Source: Actinomycetes bacterium (GTDB lineage Bacteria; Actinomycetota; UBA4738; HRBIN12). From it: a stretch of DNA of 20,000 nucleotides. The translations under genes and the position numbers were made by a program. Location of the stretch: assembly GCA_025351565.1 (NCBI GenBank), contig JANXVR010000263.1:13327-33326 (forward strand), written 5' to 3'. Below the pieces are notes generated by a model. That model searched no databases. It saw only the letters and a list, made by a program, of their open reading frames with translations, and was not told the origin of the DNA. Shown piece by piece: positions 1 through 7,977 of the stretch; position 1 is the first letter of the stretch, and every line of letters begins with the position of its first letter.

Positions 1-86
1 ATGATCTGTTCGGCCTCGATGTAGGTGACTTCACCGCGGTCGTTCGGACAGACGAGGATCTCGAGCAGTTCGGCGTCGACGGTCAT
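1..86 (-). CDS. Trm112 family (UPF0434) small zinc-ribbon protein, N-terminal fragment running off the left edge
   Basis: Reverse complement of 1-86 translates to MTVDAELLEILVCPNDRGEVTYIEAEQI. LLEILVCP is the hallmark N-terminus of Trm112/UPF0434 proteins. The ATG (86-84) overlaps the manB stop TGA (85-83) as ATGA. It is absent from the ORF track because it is truncated and short. Confidence 0.6.
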   Translation of the reverse strand, partial: MTVDAELLEILVCPNDRGEVTYIEAEQI

Positions 87-1444
87 GCGTCTCCTTCCTT
101 GCCGCTGCGGATGATCGCAAGCAGCTCCGCGGTCTTGGCGGCCAGCAGCTCGGGCGTCCGGGCCTCGACGTTCAATCGCAGCAGCGGCTCGGTGTTGGAA
201 GCCCGGACATTGCACCACCAATCGGTGAACTCTACCGTGAGCCCGTCCAGGTGATCTTCCTTGCCATCGGCGTAGGCGGCCACCAGTTCGGCCAGCTTGG
301 CCGCCTGATCCGGGACGGTGGAGTTGATCTCTCCGCTGTCGAAGTATCGGCGGTAGGGCGCCAGCATCGTCGAGAGGCCGACGTTCGCCTTGGACCGCTC
401 ACCCATCGCGACCACGGCGGCGATCAGCCCCGAGTCCGCGCGGTAGTTGTCGCGGAAGTAGTAGTGCCCCGAGTGCTCTCCACCGAAGATCGCCCCCGTT
501 TCGGCCATGACCTGCTTGATGAACGAGTGGCCTACCCGGGTGCGGATCGGAACGCCGCCGTGTTCACGGATGACTTCGGGCACGGTCCATGAACAGATGA
601 GGTTATGGATGATCTTCGCGCCCGGCTCACGTTCGAGCATCGCGACCGCAACCAGTGCGGTCAGCAGCGAACCCGAGACATCTTCCGCCAGCTCATCCAC
701 CAGGAACACGCGGTCGGCATCCCCGTCGAACGCCAGACCCACGTCGGCGTGACGCTCGAGCACGGCGGCGCGCAGATCCTTCTGATTGGCCGGGTCGATC
801 GGGTCGGCCGGATGGTTCGGGAACGTGCCGTCCAACTCCGGGTACAGGTGGAACAGGGTCACCGGCAGCCGTTCCATGACCGCTGGAACCACCAAGCCAC
901 CCATCCCGTTCGCCGTGTCCGCGACGACGACGAGCGGCCGCATCGCCGCAACATCGGTGAACGACAGCACGTGCTCCACGTACTCGTCCAGGAGCGAACG
1001 CTGTTCGACCGTGCCAGGCGTAGCTACGGGCACAGGCTCCGGACCCTCAACCATCTCCCGGATCTCCCGGAGTCCCGTCTCCTCGCCCACGGGGCGGGCG
1101 CCGGACAGGCAGAACTTCAGCCCGTTGTACTGCTTCGGGTTGTGGCTGGCGGTGAGCATGACCCCAGGCATGTCGAGCTTGCCAGCGGCGAAGTAGAGGA
1201 GGTCGGTGGACGCGAGGCCCAGGTCGATGACATCGACCCCGCGGGAGGTAGCCCCGTCGGCGATCGCGGCGGCGAGTTCGGGGGAGGAGATGCGACAGTC
1301 CCGCCCGACTACGATGGCGGGCGCCTTGGTCCACTCGGCGAACGCCGCTCCGATCCGCCTGACGAGGCCGGCGTCGAGGTCGTCGGGAACGACCCCTCGT
1401 ACGTCGTAGGCCTTGAAGATCCGATCCAGATCGTGCGTCGCCAT
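83..1444 (-). CDS. manB: phosphomannomutase/phosphoglucomutase (alpha-D-phosphohexomutase family)
   Basis: 453 aa. The N-terminus IFKAYDVRG and the active-site phosphoserine loop TASHNPKQYNGLKF are family signatures, as are the Mg-binding FDGDADR and the GGEHSGHYYF sugar-binding loop. The position matches Rv3257c-type manB beside whiB2/fbiAB. Confidence 0.93.
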   Translation of the reverse strand: MATHDLDRIFKAYDVRGVVPDDLDAGLVRRIGAAFAEWTKAPAIVVGRDCRISSPELAAAIADGATSRGVDVIDLGLASTDLLYFAAGKLDMPGVMLTASHNPKQYNGLKFCLSGARPVGEETGLREIREMVEGPEPVPVATPGTVEQRSLLDEYVEHVLSFTDVAAMRPLVVVADTANGMGGLVVPAVMERLPVTLFHLYPELDGTFPNHPADPIDPANQKDLRAAVLERHADVGLAFDGDADRVFLVDELAEDVSGSLLTALVAVAMLEREPGAKIIHNLICSWTVPEVIREHGGVPIRTRVGHSFIKQVMAETGAIFGGEHSGHYYFRDNYRADSGLIAAVVAMGERSKANVGLSTMLAPYRRYFDSGEINSTVPDQAAKLAELVAAYADGKEDHLDGLTVEFTDWWCNVRASNTEPLLRLNVEARTPELLAAKTAELLAIIRSGKEGDA

Positions 1445-1484
1445 CCGCCCGGCATCCTACGGGAACCGCGAAGAGCGGACGGGG

Positions 1485-1667
1485 CTACTTCGGCACGACG
1501 AGGCTGATGACCGACTGCAACGGCACTTCCTCGCCGTCACGGTGCCACCATTTCGCCTCACACAGGTGACAGGTGGTGAAGGCCAGGTCGCGGCCGGCCA
1601 CGGCCATCGAGATGCTGATCAGATCGCCGGAGCCACAGCTCGGGCAGGTCGAAGCGTTCGTAGTCAT
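1485..1667 (-). CDS. small CxxC...CxxC zinc-ribbon protein (hypothetical, 60 aa)
   Basis: I trimmed the 82-aa ORF to the internal ATG at 1667 (MTTNASTCPSCGSG...CHLCEAKWWHRDG...). GGAGAG lies about 4 nt upstream of that ATG. Third codon positions are mostly G/C, as in neighbouring genes. It is co-oriented with manB and ends 40 nt upstream of it. I recognise no named family. Confidence 0.5.
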   Translation of the reverse strand: MTTNASTCPSCGSGDLISISMAVAGRDLAFTTCHLCEAKWWHRDGEEVPLQSVISLVVPK

Positions 1668-1716
1668 CGCACTCTCCGGAGGGGGACGAAGGGGGGGGAC
1701 CGATGAGATTGCACCG

Positions 1717-1726
1717 ACCTTAGCAC
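1717..1726 (-). promoter_or_regulatory. candidate extended -10 element (GTGCTAAGGT on the minus strand) for the zinc-ribbon/manB/trm112 operon
   Basis: Reverse complement of 1717-1726 is gTGcTAAGGT, which fits the actinobacterial TGN-TANNNT pattern about 50 nt upstream of the 1667 start. There is no convincing -35. Pattern match only. Confidence 0.25.
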
Positions 1727-1872
1727 GGGGCATCGGCGGTAATCGGCCCCCAGGAGTCTATTTCCGCAGCATCGACGGCTGATGCGTACCCACCTCATCG
1801 GGGGGTGCGTACGCCCCCGCGGATGGTCTATCGGCTCGTCCGAACGGCGGAGGGCAACCGGGGGGACCGCGC

Positions 1873-2949
1873 TCAGTAGGGTCGGACACCCGCGATGATG
1901 ACCCTGGCTCCGACGGGAACCAGCGGGTACATGGCTTCGGAGTCGCTGATGGTCATTCGGATGCATCCGTGAGATGCGTACGTTCCGATCGAGTAGGTAG
2001 CGGGTGTCCCGTGGATACGGATGTCCGGGGCGTTCAGGTATAGCGCGCGGGTGCCCAGCGGATTGTTCGGTCCGGGTGGGATCACCGCAGGCTCCCCGGC
2101 ACCCCAGCCGTTCGGTGCCGGGTTGTGCCAGGTCGGGTTCTCCTGCTTGTCCACGATCGTCCATTCCCCAACGGGCGTGGTGAAGCCCGGCATGGCGGTG
2201 GCGACCGGATAGGTCCGGATCTGCTTCAAGCCGCGGTAGAGGTAGAGGCGGTTCTGATCGATCCGAACGACGATGGTCGTGCCCAGTCCTTTGTCGGGAA
2301 CCTTCGGCTCGATCTTGCTCACGGGGATCTTGACCTGCGCGCTGCCGTCGGCCAGGGCCGCTCGGATCGATCCCGCGGCAGCCTCCTGATCGACCCCCAG
2401 TCCCGCTCGCGCGCGGGCGAACGCCACCTTGCTCGTGCCGACGAGGTTGATGCTGGCATCCCGCGGCGCGACGTCCGTCCCCGCTGCGACCTTCGCGACC
2501 AGCGCATGGACGGCGTCCGGCGACCCGTTCGACCCCAGGGTGATGTCCACGTTGACGGGCGTCTGTCGGACCCGATGCCAAACCCGGTCGACCCAGCTCA
2601 TCGAAGCGGAAACCGACTCGGCGCGATCGACCGCGGCCTGCACATCCTCCTGCCGGCCCAGGGCCGCCGCCGAGGTCGTCCACGTCCTTCCGGCAGCCGT
2701 TATCCGGATCGGCGCGTTCAACCGTTGGTCCACCACGCGCTGCACGGCGGCGACCGCCGCGTCGCGGCCCAGCCCGCCCACGTCGACCCCCGCCACGCTC
2801 ACCCCGGGCAGGATCCGGTCGCTGTTGGCGCTGTCGTAACGGTACGCGGCGAACGCCACCCCCCCTGCGACGGTGCCCAGCGCAACGAAGCCGCCCAGGA
2901 CGACGACAAGGGCGCTCAGGCGACGTTTGGCGTGCTTTCCGTTGGCCAT
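1873..2949 (-). CDS. L,D-transpeptidase (YkuD domain) with N-terminal membrane anchor
   Basis: The catalytic motif HGTPATYSIGTYASHGCIRM matches the YkuD pattern HG..S.G..SHGC(I/V)R(M/L), preceded by NNPLGTRALYL. I trimmed the 486-aa ORF to ATG 2949 (MANGKHAKRRLSALVVVLGGFVALGTVAGGVAFAAY, a basic n-region plus a TM helix). The upstream 128 codons are R/G/P-rich and run antisense-like into the neighbouring gene. Confidence 0.88.
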   Translation of the reverse strand: MANGKHAKRRLSALVVVLGGFVALGTVAGGVAFAAYRYDSANSDRILPGVSVAGVDVGGLGRDAAVAAVQRVVDQRLNAPIRITAAGRTWTTSAAALGRQEDVQAAVDRAESVSASMSWVDRVWHRVRQTPVNVDITLGSNGSPDAVHALVAKVAAGTDVAPRDASINLVGTSKVAFARARAGLGVDQEAAAGSIRAALADGSAQVKIPVSKIEPKVPDKGLGTTIVVRIDQNRLYLYRGLKQIRTYPVATAMPGFTTPVGEWTIVDKQENPTWHNPAPNGWGAGEPAVIPPGPNNPLGTRALYLNAPDIRIHGTPATYSIGTYASHGCIRMTISDSEAMYPLVPVGARVIIAGVRPY

Positions 2950-3017
2950 AGGGATGGGCTCCCTCGGGAGCCTGCGTGCGATGATACGCCGCCTTCCCCG
3001 AGGGCCGCCGCAGGAAG

Positions 3018-4412
3018 CTACATGCCCAGCGGCACGGGAACACCGACAGCGATCGCGTAGCCGGCCACGCCCTTGGTGCCCAGCGATTCCGAAGCCCCGG
3101 CCGCGACGACCTGCCCAGTGGTTGCGGTGACGAGGATGCCCACGTCCCCGGCCGCCGTTAGGAAACCGACGGGGACGGAGACGGACGACCCCGCCGAGAT
3201 CGGCAAGGTCACGTCGGTCGGGCCGGAGGCGCTCAGCGCGTGGAGCGTGACGCTGGCGGGCGATGTCCCGGGGTTCGTGATGACAAGGCCCGGCTTGGAC
3301 GGATCGCCGGCGACCGTCGGGAGCACGACCCACTTCGCGGCGGGCGGCGCGCCGCCGGTCGCCGCGAAGTCGCTCCCCTGGCCCATCGAGGCCACCGCAG
3401 ACACGAAGGTGCCCGTCGACCCGACCTGCGCGGCAAGGCGCAAGCCGGAGGCGCCGCTGGTCGCGACGGCATACGACTGCGACGTCTGAGGGTCTTGCGC
3501 CACGCCGGACAGCCCACCGGCGGGTTGGCTCGCCGTCTCCCCCAAGTTCGTCCCGTCGAAGCGAGCGCCGGCCACGCCGGGAACGATCACCGACAGCGAG
3601 CGCTGTCCGCTGCCTCCGAGCAGCGGGATGGTCAGGGACGACAGCTGTGTCGTGGTGCCCAGAACCGCCCCCACCCCGTTCTGGACAGACGAGTCGACGG
3701 CTGCCACGCCTATGCGGCCCGCATGTACATCGATCTCGGATCCGACCGCGGGTTCCAAGGGCAGGAGTGTTTGGATCGGCACGAACATGCTTCGATGCGG
3801 CTTGAGGACGATGTCGGTGAGGGCGCTCTCATGGATGGGCGCCCGGTCCGCGGCGTACAGCACGACGTCGAAGATCGCGTTGGCCCCATACGGATTCATG
3901 ATGACGATCGTGGCCTTGGCTCCCTTGGGCGTGCTCCCGTTCGCCGTGTACCAGGTGCTCGCGTCCGTAGCGGGCGCGCAGGGTTCGGCCCCCACCCCCG
4001 TGCCCTGCGCCGTCACCGTGACGGTGAGCCATCCGGCGGCGACCCAGCCCCCGAAGTACTCCACGTAGGTTGAGGCCTCCCTGGCCGAGGCCGGGACGAT
4101 CACTCGTGTCGTCGTCCCCGGATCAACCGTCACGGTACGAACGGGCGCGGACGACTTCTGCGTCATGGTGCTTACGCGAACCGTGGAGGTTCGGGTCCCG
4201 GGGTTGGCCAGGTAGAGGCGGCCTTCCCACCCGGGTCCGCCGCCGTGCGGGCAGAGCCAGGCGCCGGAGTCGGTGCTCGAACCGGGAGCGGGAGCGGGAG
4301 CGGGCGCGGGCACCCGGACACCCAAGCCGCGGTCGAGCCCCACCCCCCCGGCCACGACGACCGCGACGAACACGAGCGCCACGACTCCTTGGCCGCGTCC
4401 ACGGGAGCTCAT
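3018..4412 (-). CDS. DUF5719-like membrane-anchored or secreted beta-rich protein
   Basis: I trimmed the 703-aa ORF to ATG 4412 (MSSRGRGQGVVALVFVAVVVAGGVGL, a TM anchor), followed by a PAPAPAPAP linker. Three similar segments follow, each with an NPG/NPY strand motif: LYLANPGTRTSTVRV, IVIMNPYGANAIFDVVL and LVITNPGTSPASVTLHAL. The ATG overlaps the upstream gene's TGA as ATGA at 4409-4412. The family name is recalled from PGAP-style annotation of the partner of large actinobacterial GT2 proteins and is not verified. Confidence 0.7.
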   Translation of the reverse strand: MSSRGRGQGVVALVFVAVVVAGGVGLDRGLGVRVPAPAPAPAPGSSTDSGAWLCPHGGGPGWEGRLYLANPGTRTSTVRVSTMTQKSSAPVRTVTVDPGTTTRVIVPASAREASTYVEYFGGWVAAGWLTVTVTAQGTGVGAEPCAPATDASTWYTANGSTPKGAKATIVIMNPYGANAIFDVVLYAADRAPIHESALTDIVLKPHRSMFVPIQTLLPLEPAVGSEIDVHAGRIGVAAVDSSVQNGVGAVLGTTTQLSSLTIPLLGGSGQRSLSVIVPGVAGARFDGTNLGETASQPAGGLSGVAQDPQTSQSYAVATSGASGLRLAAQVGSTGTFVSAVASMGQGSDFAATGGAPPAAKWVVLPTVAGDPSKPGLVITNPGTSPASVTLHALSASGPTDVTLPISAGSSVSVPVGFLTAAGDVGILVTATTGQVVAAGASESLGTKGVAGYAIAVGVPVPLGM

Positions 4413-7400
4413 CGAACCACAGGCTTCCGCGTGATCCACAGGACGGCGAGCCACAGCGCCCCGAGCGCCCACAGTTCGATCAGGCGGATGAGGTTGTCGT
4501 CGTGGCGGATCTGCACGGGTCCGGCGGCAACGGGCAACGACGTCGCCCAGCCGAACGCCCTGACCGGTGCAGCGCCCCCGGCGCGCCAGCCGTCGCTGAA
4601 CTCCGTGGCGAGGTAGGCGACGGAGCCGGCCGGCGCCGTACCGTCCCAGCCCCCCTGCACCGGTTCGAGGGGCGTCGCGGGGACTGGGCCCAGTTGGGCG
4701 ATCATGGCGGGGTCGCCGCCGGCCAGTATCTTCGCGGCCGGCCCATCGACCGTCAGCGCGGCCGCAGGCGGAAGAGCGACGGCGTTGCCGTAGATGACCA
4801 ACCCGTTCGCCGTTGCCGGATCCATGTCCACTTGCGCCGTGAGGCGACCGAGCGTCGCGGGCGGCAGGGAGCCCGTGGCGGCGACGATGTAGCGGATACC
4901 GAACGGAGCCAGGAGCGCACCGCCGTGCGACGTCCCCCCGCTGAAGATCTGCTCGAGCGCTGCTTGCAGGGCATCGGCGCCCGGGCCGGCGAGGGGCCGG
5001 CCCGTATCGACCGCCGTGGCGCCCCCTCGGCCGGTGATCGCGTAGCGAAGCGTCGCCGGGGCGGCAGCTGCCATTGCCTGCGGATCTCCTCCGGGCGCCG
5101 GGAACGGGTCCGGCCCCCCGCCGACCCACAACACGTTGAACTCTCCCCGCGCGGTGCTATCGACCACCGCCCAGGCTGCGGAGATCTTGTCGGCGCCACC
5201 CCACGCCCACCCGCCGGCCATGGCGGTTAACCCCTGGAGCGTGAGACCCGCCGCCAACACGACGGCCAGCGCCGCCGTGCCTATCTGCCTGGCTCCGAAC
5301 GACTCGCGGGCCATCCCGAGGGCCGAGGCGAGCCCAAGGCTGACCAGGAGGGCTTCGGCAACCGCCGCCAGGAGGACATACACGGGGGCGTTCGTGAGGG
5401 CGATCGGCAACCAGCCGGCGGCCGAGAGCCATGCCAGCGTTAGAGAGGCAGCCGCGAGGATCGCCATGCGCAGCGCCCGCGCTCGGTGGCCCGAGCCGAC
5501 CAGGGAGAACCCGAGGACCGCCGAGATCGGAAGGAATGCCGCGATCATCCACGTGCCGGGACCGGCGCCGATCGCCAAGCGGCCCACACGTGAGAGATCG
5601 ACGGTGCCCACCAACGAGCCGATCCCACGGCCTCCGCCCGCTACCAGCGAGGGGACGAAGGGGAACAGGAGCGCGGCCGCGGCCGCGGTTCCCCCGGCCA
5701 TGAGCGCCAGCCCACGCCCACGCGATCGCCCGGCAACCGTCTGGACCAGGATCATCAGGGCGAACGCGAGCAAGATCCCTGGTTCGGAGGCAACGCCCAC
5801 GGCCAGCGTGACGCCCAACCCGGCGATGAACCGCCACCGGCCGTCTGCCGGCTCCTCGGAGCCGAAGGCAACCTCGGTCCGTTCAACCAGCGGCGGGATC
5901 AGGGCGGCCGCCACCAACAAGCCGATCCGGCCCTCGGAGAACGGCCAGAGGATGGCCGCAGACAGCACGTAGCCGGCGGCGCCCAGCACCGCCGCGCCCG
6001 GCCTGCCGGTGAGGCGGGCGGCGGCGCGGTAGAACAAGATGCCTGCGAGGGCGGGCGCGCCGGCCAGCAGCACCTTCTGCGCGAGCGAAGTGCTCCCGAA
6101 GAGCGCCCACGAGAGCACCCCAGCGCCGGCCAACGCGGGGCTCGCGGGAAGCGATCCTCCCAGCGCGGTCGATCGATACGGCGAGGCAAGCTCGGCGAAG
6201 AACCCTCCGGCGCGGCTGGGGAAGGCGGGCAGCACCCCGCCGTGGAGGGAGACGCCGTTCATCAGACCACGGATGGATAGCGCGCCCACGACGATGGCGA
6301 CGAACGACCCCACCAGCACCGGATGATCGCCCACGAGCGAGGCGGTCCGGTCGCGCAGGCGCTGGGTCGCGGGTAGGCCCTGCTCGGCCTCCTCCAGGGA
6401 ACGCTGTTCCTCGAGTATCCGTCCAGCCTTCTCGAACCAGCGGGGCAGCCGGAATCCGGCCGATTCCATGAATCTGTGGAGCTTGCGGTCGGGGACTGAG
6501 CGGGCTCGCTGGGCGCGGAAGCGCCGGTGGGCCGTCCCGGGCAGGTGCACCAGGTTCCAACCCCAGGCCGACACCAGATCGTAGGCCTCATCGAAGCGAC
6601 GGGAGAGCGCGAGCACTGCGAGCCGCGTCAGTCCCAAGAGGAATGCCAACGGGAGGAGCCACAGCAGGTTCAGCGGCCCGTAGTTCTTCAGCATGGAGGC
6701 CAGGGCCGCGCGATCCTCGTAATAGCGATCGCTCCGGCGGTCGTGGTCGCGGCGGCGTTCGCCCGCGGATGTCTGACGATGCCGGACGCGCGCGAGCGGC
6801 GTCATCAACACCCGGAACCCGGCCATCCGGACCCGCCAGCACAGGTCCAGGCCTTCGTGGCTGACATCCAGGCGTTCGTCGAACAGGCCGACCCGCTGCC
6901 AGGCCTCTCGGGAGACGAGCAGCGCGCATGGATCTACGCCGAGCACCTCAAGGACGCGGTCGAACTGCCCCTGATCGATCTCGCCGGGCTGCAGGGGGGT
7001 GTATCGGTGGCCGAACCGGTCCGCGGAACTCCCCACATCGCGAAGCAGTCTCGGCTCGTCCCAATCGACCACCTTGGCGCCGACCACCCCGACGTTGTCG
7101 ACGCCCGGGATGCCGATGGCCGCCTCTACCAGACGGGTGACGCCGTCGGGGTCCATCGCGGCGTCGTCATGAAGGATGAGGAGGTAGTCGGCCTCACGAG
7201 CGGCGCTGATCTCCAGGACGGCCTTGAGCGACCCCGCCAACCCCCGGTCCTCCTGGAACCGCATGACGCGGCGCTCCCCGAGGGCCTGCAGCAAGATGTC
7301 GTGCGAGCTGTCGGAGGACGCGTTGTCCACCGCGATCACGCCGAGGCGAGGGTAGGTGAGCGCCGCCAGGGCCGCCAGGGACTCCCGGAGCCATGGCTCG

Positions 7401-7477
7401 GCATCCCGAACCACCAGCGCGACGAGCACAGACGGCACCGGCGGGGACTGCTGCGGGGACGTGACGGTTGAGGTCAT
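4409..7477 (-). CDS. family 2 glycosyltransferase (WbbL/RfbF-like catalytic domain) fused to a large polytopic membrane domain and an extracytoplasmic C-terminal region
   Basis: 1022 aa in one uninterrupted frame. The N-terminal roughly 300 aa carry GT2 motifs: VALVVRDAEPWL, VIAVDNASSD, LLILHDDAAMDPDG (DxD-type), ALLVSREAWQRVGLFDE and DLCWRVRMAGFRV. About a dozen Ala/Leu/Gly-rich hydrophobic segments follow (judged by eye). Then comes a soluble region of about 250 aa and a final TM helix, LIELWALGALWLAVLWITRKP. Confidence 0.85.
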   Translation of the reverse strand: MTSTVTSPQQSPPVPSVLVALVVRDAEPWLRESLAALAALTYPRLGVIAVDNASSDSSHDILLQALGERRVMRFQEDRGLAGSLKAVLEISAAREADYLLILHDDAAMDPDGVTRLVEAAIGIPGVDNVGVVGAKVVDWDEPRLLRDVGSSADRFGHRYTPLQPGEIDQGQFDRVLEVLGVDPCALLVSREAWQRVGLFDERLDVSHEGLDLCWRVRMAGFRVLMTPLARVRHRQTSAGERRRDHDRRSDRYYEDRAALASMLKNYGPLNLLWLLPLAFLLGLTRLAVLALSRRFDEAYDLVSAWGWNLVHLPGTAHRRFRAQRARSVPDRKLHRFMESAGFRLPRWFEKAGRILEEQRSLEEAEQGLPATQRLRDRTASLVGDHPVLVGSFVAIVVGALSIRGLMNGVSLHGGVLPAFPSRAGGFFAELASPYRSTALGGSLPASPALAGAGVLSWALFGSTSLAQKVLLAGAPALAGILFYRAAARLTGRPGAAVLGAAGYVLSAAILWPFSEGRIGLLVAAALIPPLVERTEVAFGSEEPADGRWRFIAGLGVTLAVGVASEPGILLAFALMILVQTVAGRSRGRGLALMAGGTAAAAALLFPFVPSLVAGGGRGIGSLVGTVDLSRVGRLAIGAGPGTWMIAAFLPISAVLGFSLVGSGHRARALRMAILAAASLTLAWLSAAGWLPIALTNAPVYVLLAAVAEALLVSLGLASALGMARESFGARQIGTAALAVVLAAGLTLQGLTAMAGGWAWGGADKISAAWAVVDSTARGEFNVLWVGGGPDPFPAPGGDPQAMAAAAPATLRYAITGRGGATAVDTGRPLAGPGADALQAALEQIFSGGTSHGGALLAPFGIRYIVAATGSLPPATLGRLTAQVDMDPATANGLVIYGNAVALPPAAALTVDGPAAKILAGGDPAMIAQLGPVPATPLEPVQGGWDGTAPAGSVAYLATEFSDGWRAGGAAPVRAFGWATSLPVAAGPVQIRHDDNLIRLIELWALGALWLAVLWITRKPVVR

Positions 7478-7502
7478 TCGATACGCTTCCTGCGCGGCGC
7501 GG

Positions 7503-7512
7503 AGCCTAGCAT
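7503..7512 (-). promoter_or_regulatory. candidate extended -10 element (ATGCTAGGCT on the minus strand) for the GT2-fusion operon
   Basis: Reverse complement of 7503-7512 is aTGcTAGGCT (TGN-TANNNT). It lies 25 nt upstream of ATG 7477 and downstream of the 7533-7557 hairpin. Pattern match only. Confidence 0.25.
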
Positions 7513-7532
7513 GGGCTACCCCATGGAACGCG

Positions 7533-7557
7533 GAAGGGGGGCGCAGGGCCCCCCTTC
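7533..7557 (-). terminator. GC-rich hairpin 20 nt after the H1-like gene stop, a candidate U-tract-less terminator
   Basis: The minus-strand RNA reads GAAGGGGGGC-CCUGC-GCCCCCCUUC, a perfect 10-bp stem (8 G:C pairs) with a 5-nt loop. No U-run follows (CGCGUUCC), which is common in high-GC actinobacteria. It sits between the stop at 7577 and the next gene's start at 7477. Confidence 0.4.
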
Positions 7558-7576
7558 GACACGGTTCGCAGGAAGA

Positions 7577-7954
7577 TCAGCGCTTCTTCGCGGCGCTCTT
7601 CTTGCGTGCAGCCGGCTTGCGAGCCGCGGACTTCTTCGCGGCGGGCTTGCGAGCTGCGGTCTTCTTACGGGCGGCGGGCTTGCGCTTCGCCGTCGTCTTC
7701 TTGCGAGCCGCGGACTTCTTCGCGGCGGGCTTGCGAGCTGCGGTCTTCCGCTTCGCAGTGGTCTTCTTGCGAGCCGCGGACTTCTTCGCAGCGGGCTTGC
7801 GAGCGGCTGTCTTCCGCTTCGCAGGCTTGCGCGCTGCCGACTTCTTGGCGGCGGGCTTGCGAGCGGCTGTCTTCTTACGGGCCGCGGACTTCTTCGCGGC
7901 GGGCTTGCGAGCTGCGGTCTTTTTACGGGCCGCGCTCTTCTTAGCTGCTGCCAT
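7577..7954 (-). CDS. histone H1-like repetitive-region protein (Ala/Lys/Arg-rich, putative nucleoid-associated DNA binder)
   Basis: 125 aa composed only of M, A, K, R, T, S and P, with the core unit AARKPAAKKS occurring six times. This resembles the HupB/MDP1 C-terminal tail, AlgP KPAA repeats and eukaryotic H1 tails. AAAGGGG lies 6 nt upstream of ATG 7954. The gene is co-oriented with whiB (23-nt gap) and is followed by a strong hairpin. Three plus-strand ORFs over the same repeats (FFAAGLRAA-type) are shadow frames. Confidence 0.7.
   Translation of the reverse strand: MAAAKKSAARKKTAARKPAAKKSAARKKTAARKPAAKKSAARKPAKRKTAARKPAAKKSAARKKTTAKRKTAARKPAAKKSAARKKTTAKRKPAARKKTAARKPAAKKSAARKPAARKKSAAKKR
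7590..7930. repeat. in-frame imperfect tandem DNA repeats encoding the AKR-rich protein
   Basis: The 49-nt block cttgcgagccgcggacttcttcgcggcgggcttgcgagctgcggtcttc is identical at 7616-7664 and 7700-7748. A near-identical copy starts at 7766, and a 41-nt identical sub-block lies at 7881-7921. The offsets of the first three copies are 84 and 66 nt, both multiples of 3. Confidence 0.85.
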
Positions 7955-7977
7955 GTGCTGCCCCTTTCGTTACCGGC

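Noticed and set aside
1801-1818. Hairpin GGGGGTG-CGTA-CGCCCCC and the nearby repeated TGCGTAC in the spacer downstream of the L,D-transpeptidase gene, considered as a terminator.
   Set aside because: The stem is good only on the plus-strand RNA, because the G:U pair becomes an A:C mismatch on the minus strand. All neighbouring genes are transcribed on the minus strand, and there is no U-tract.
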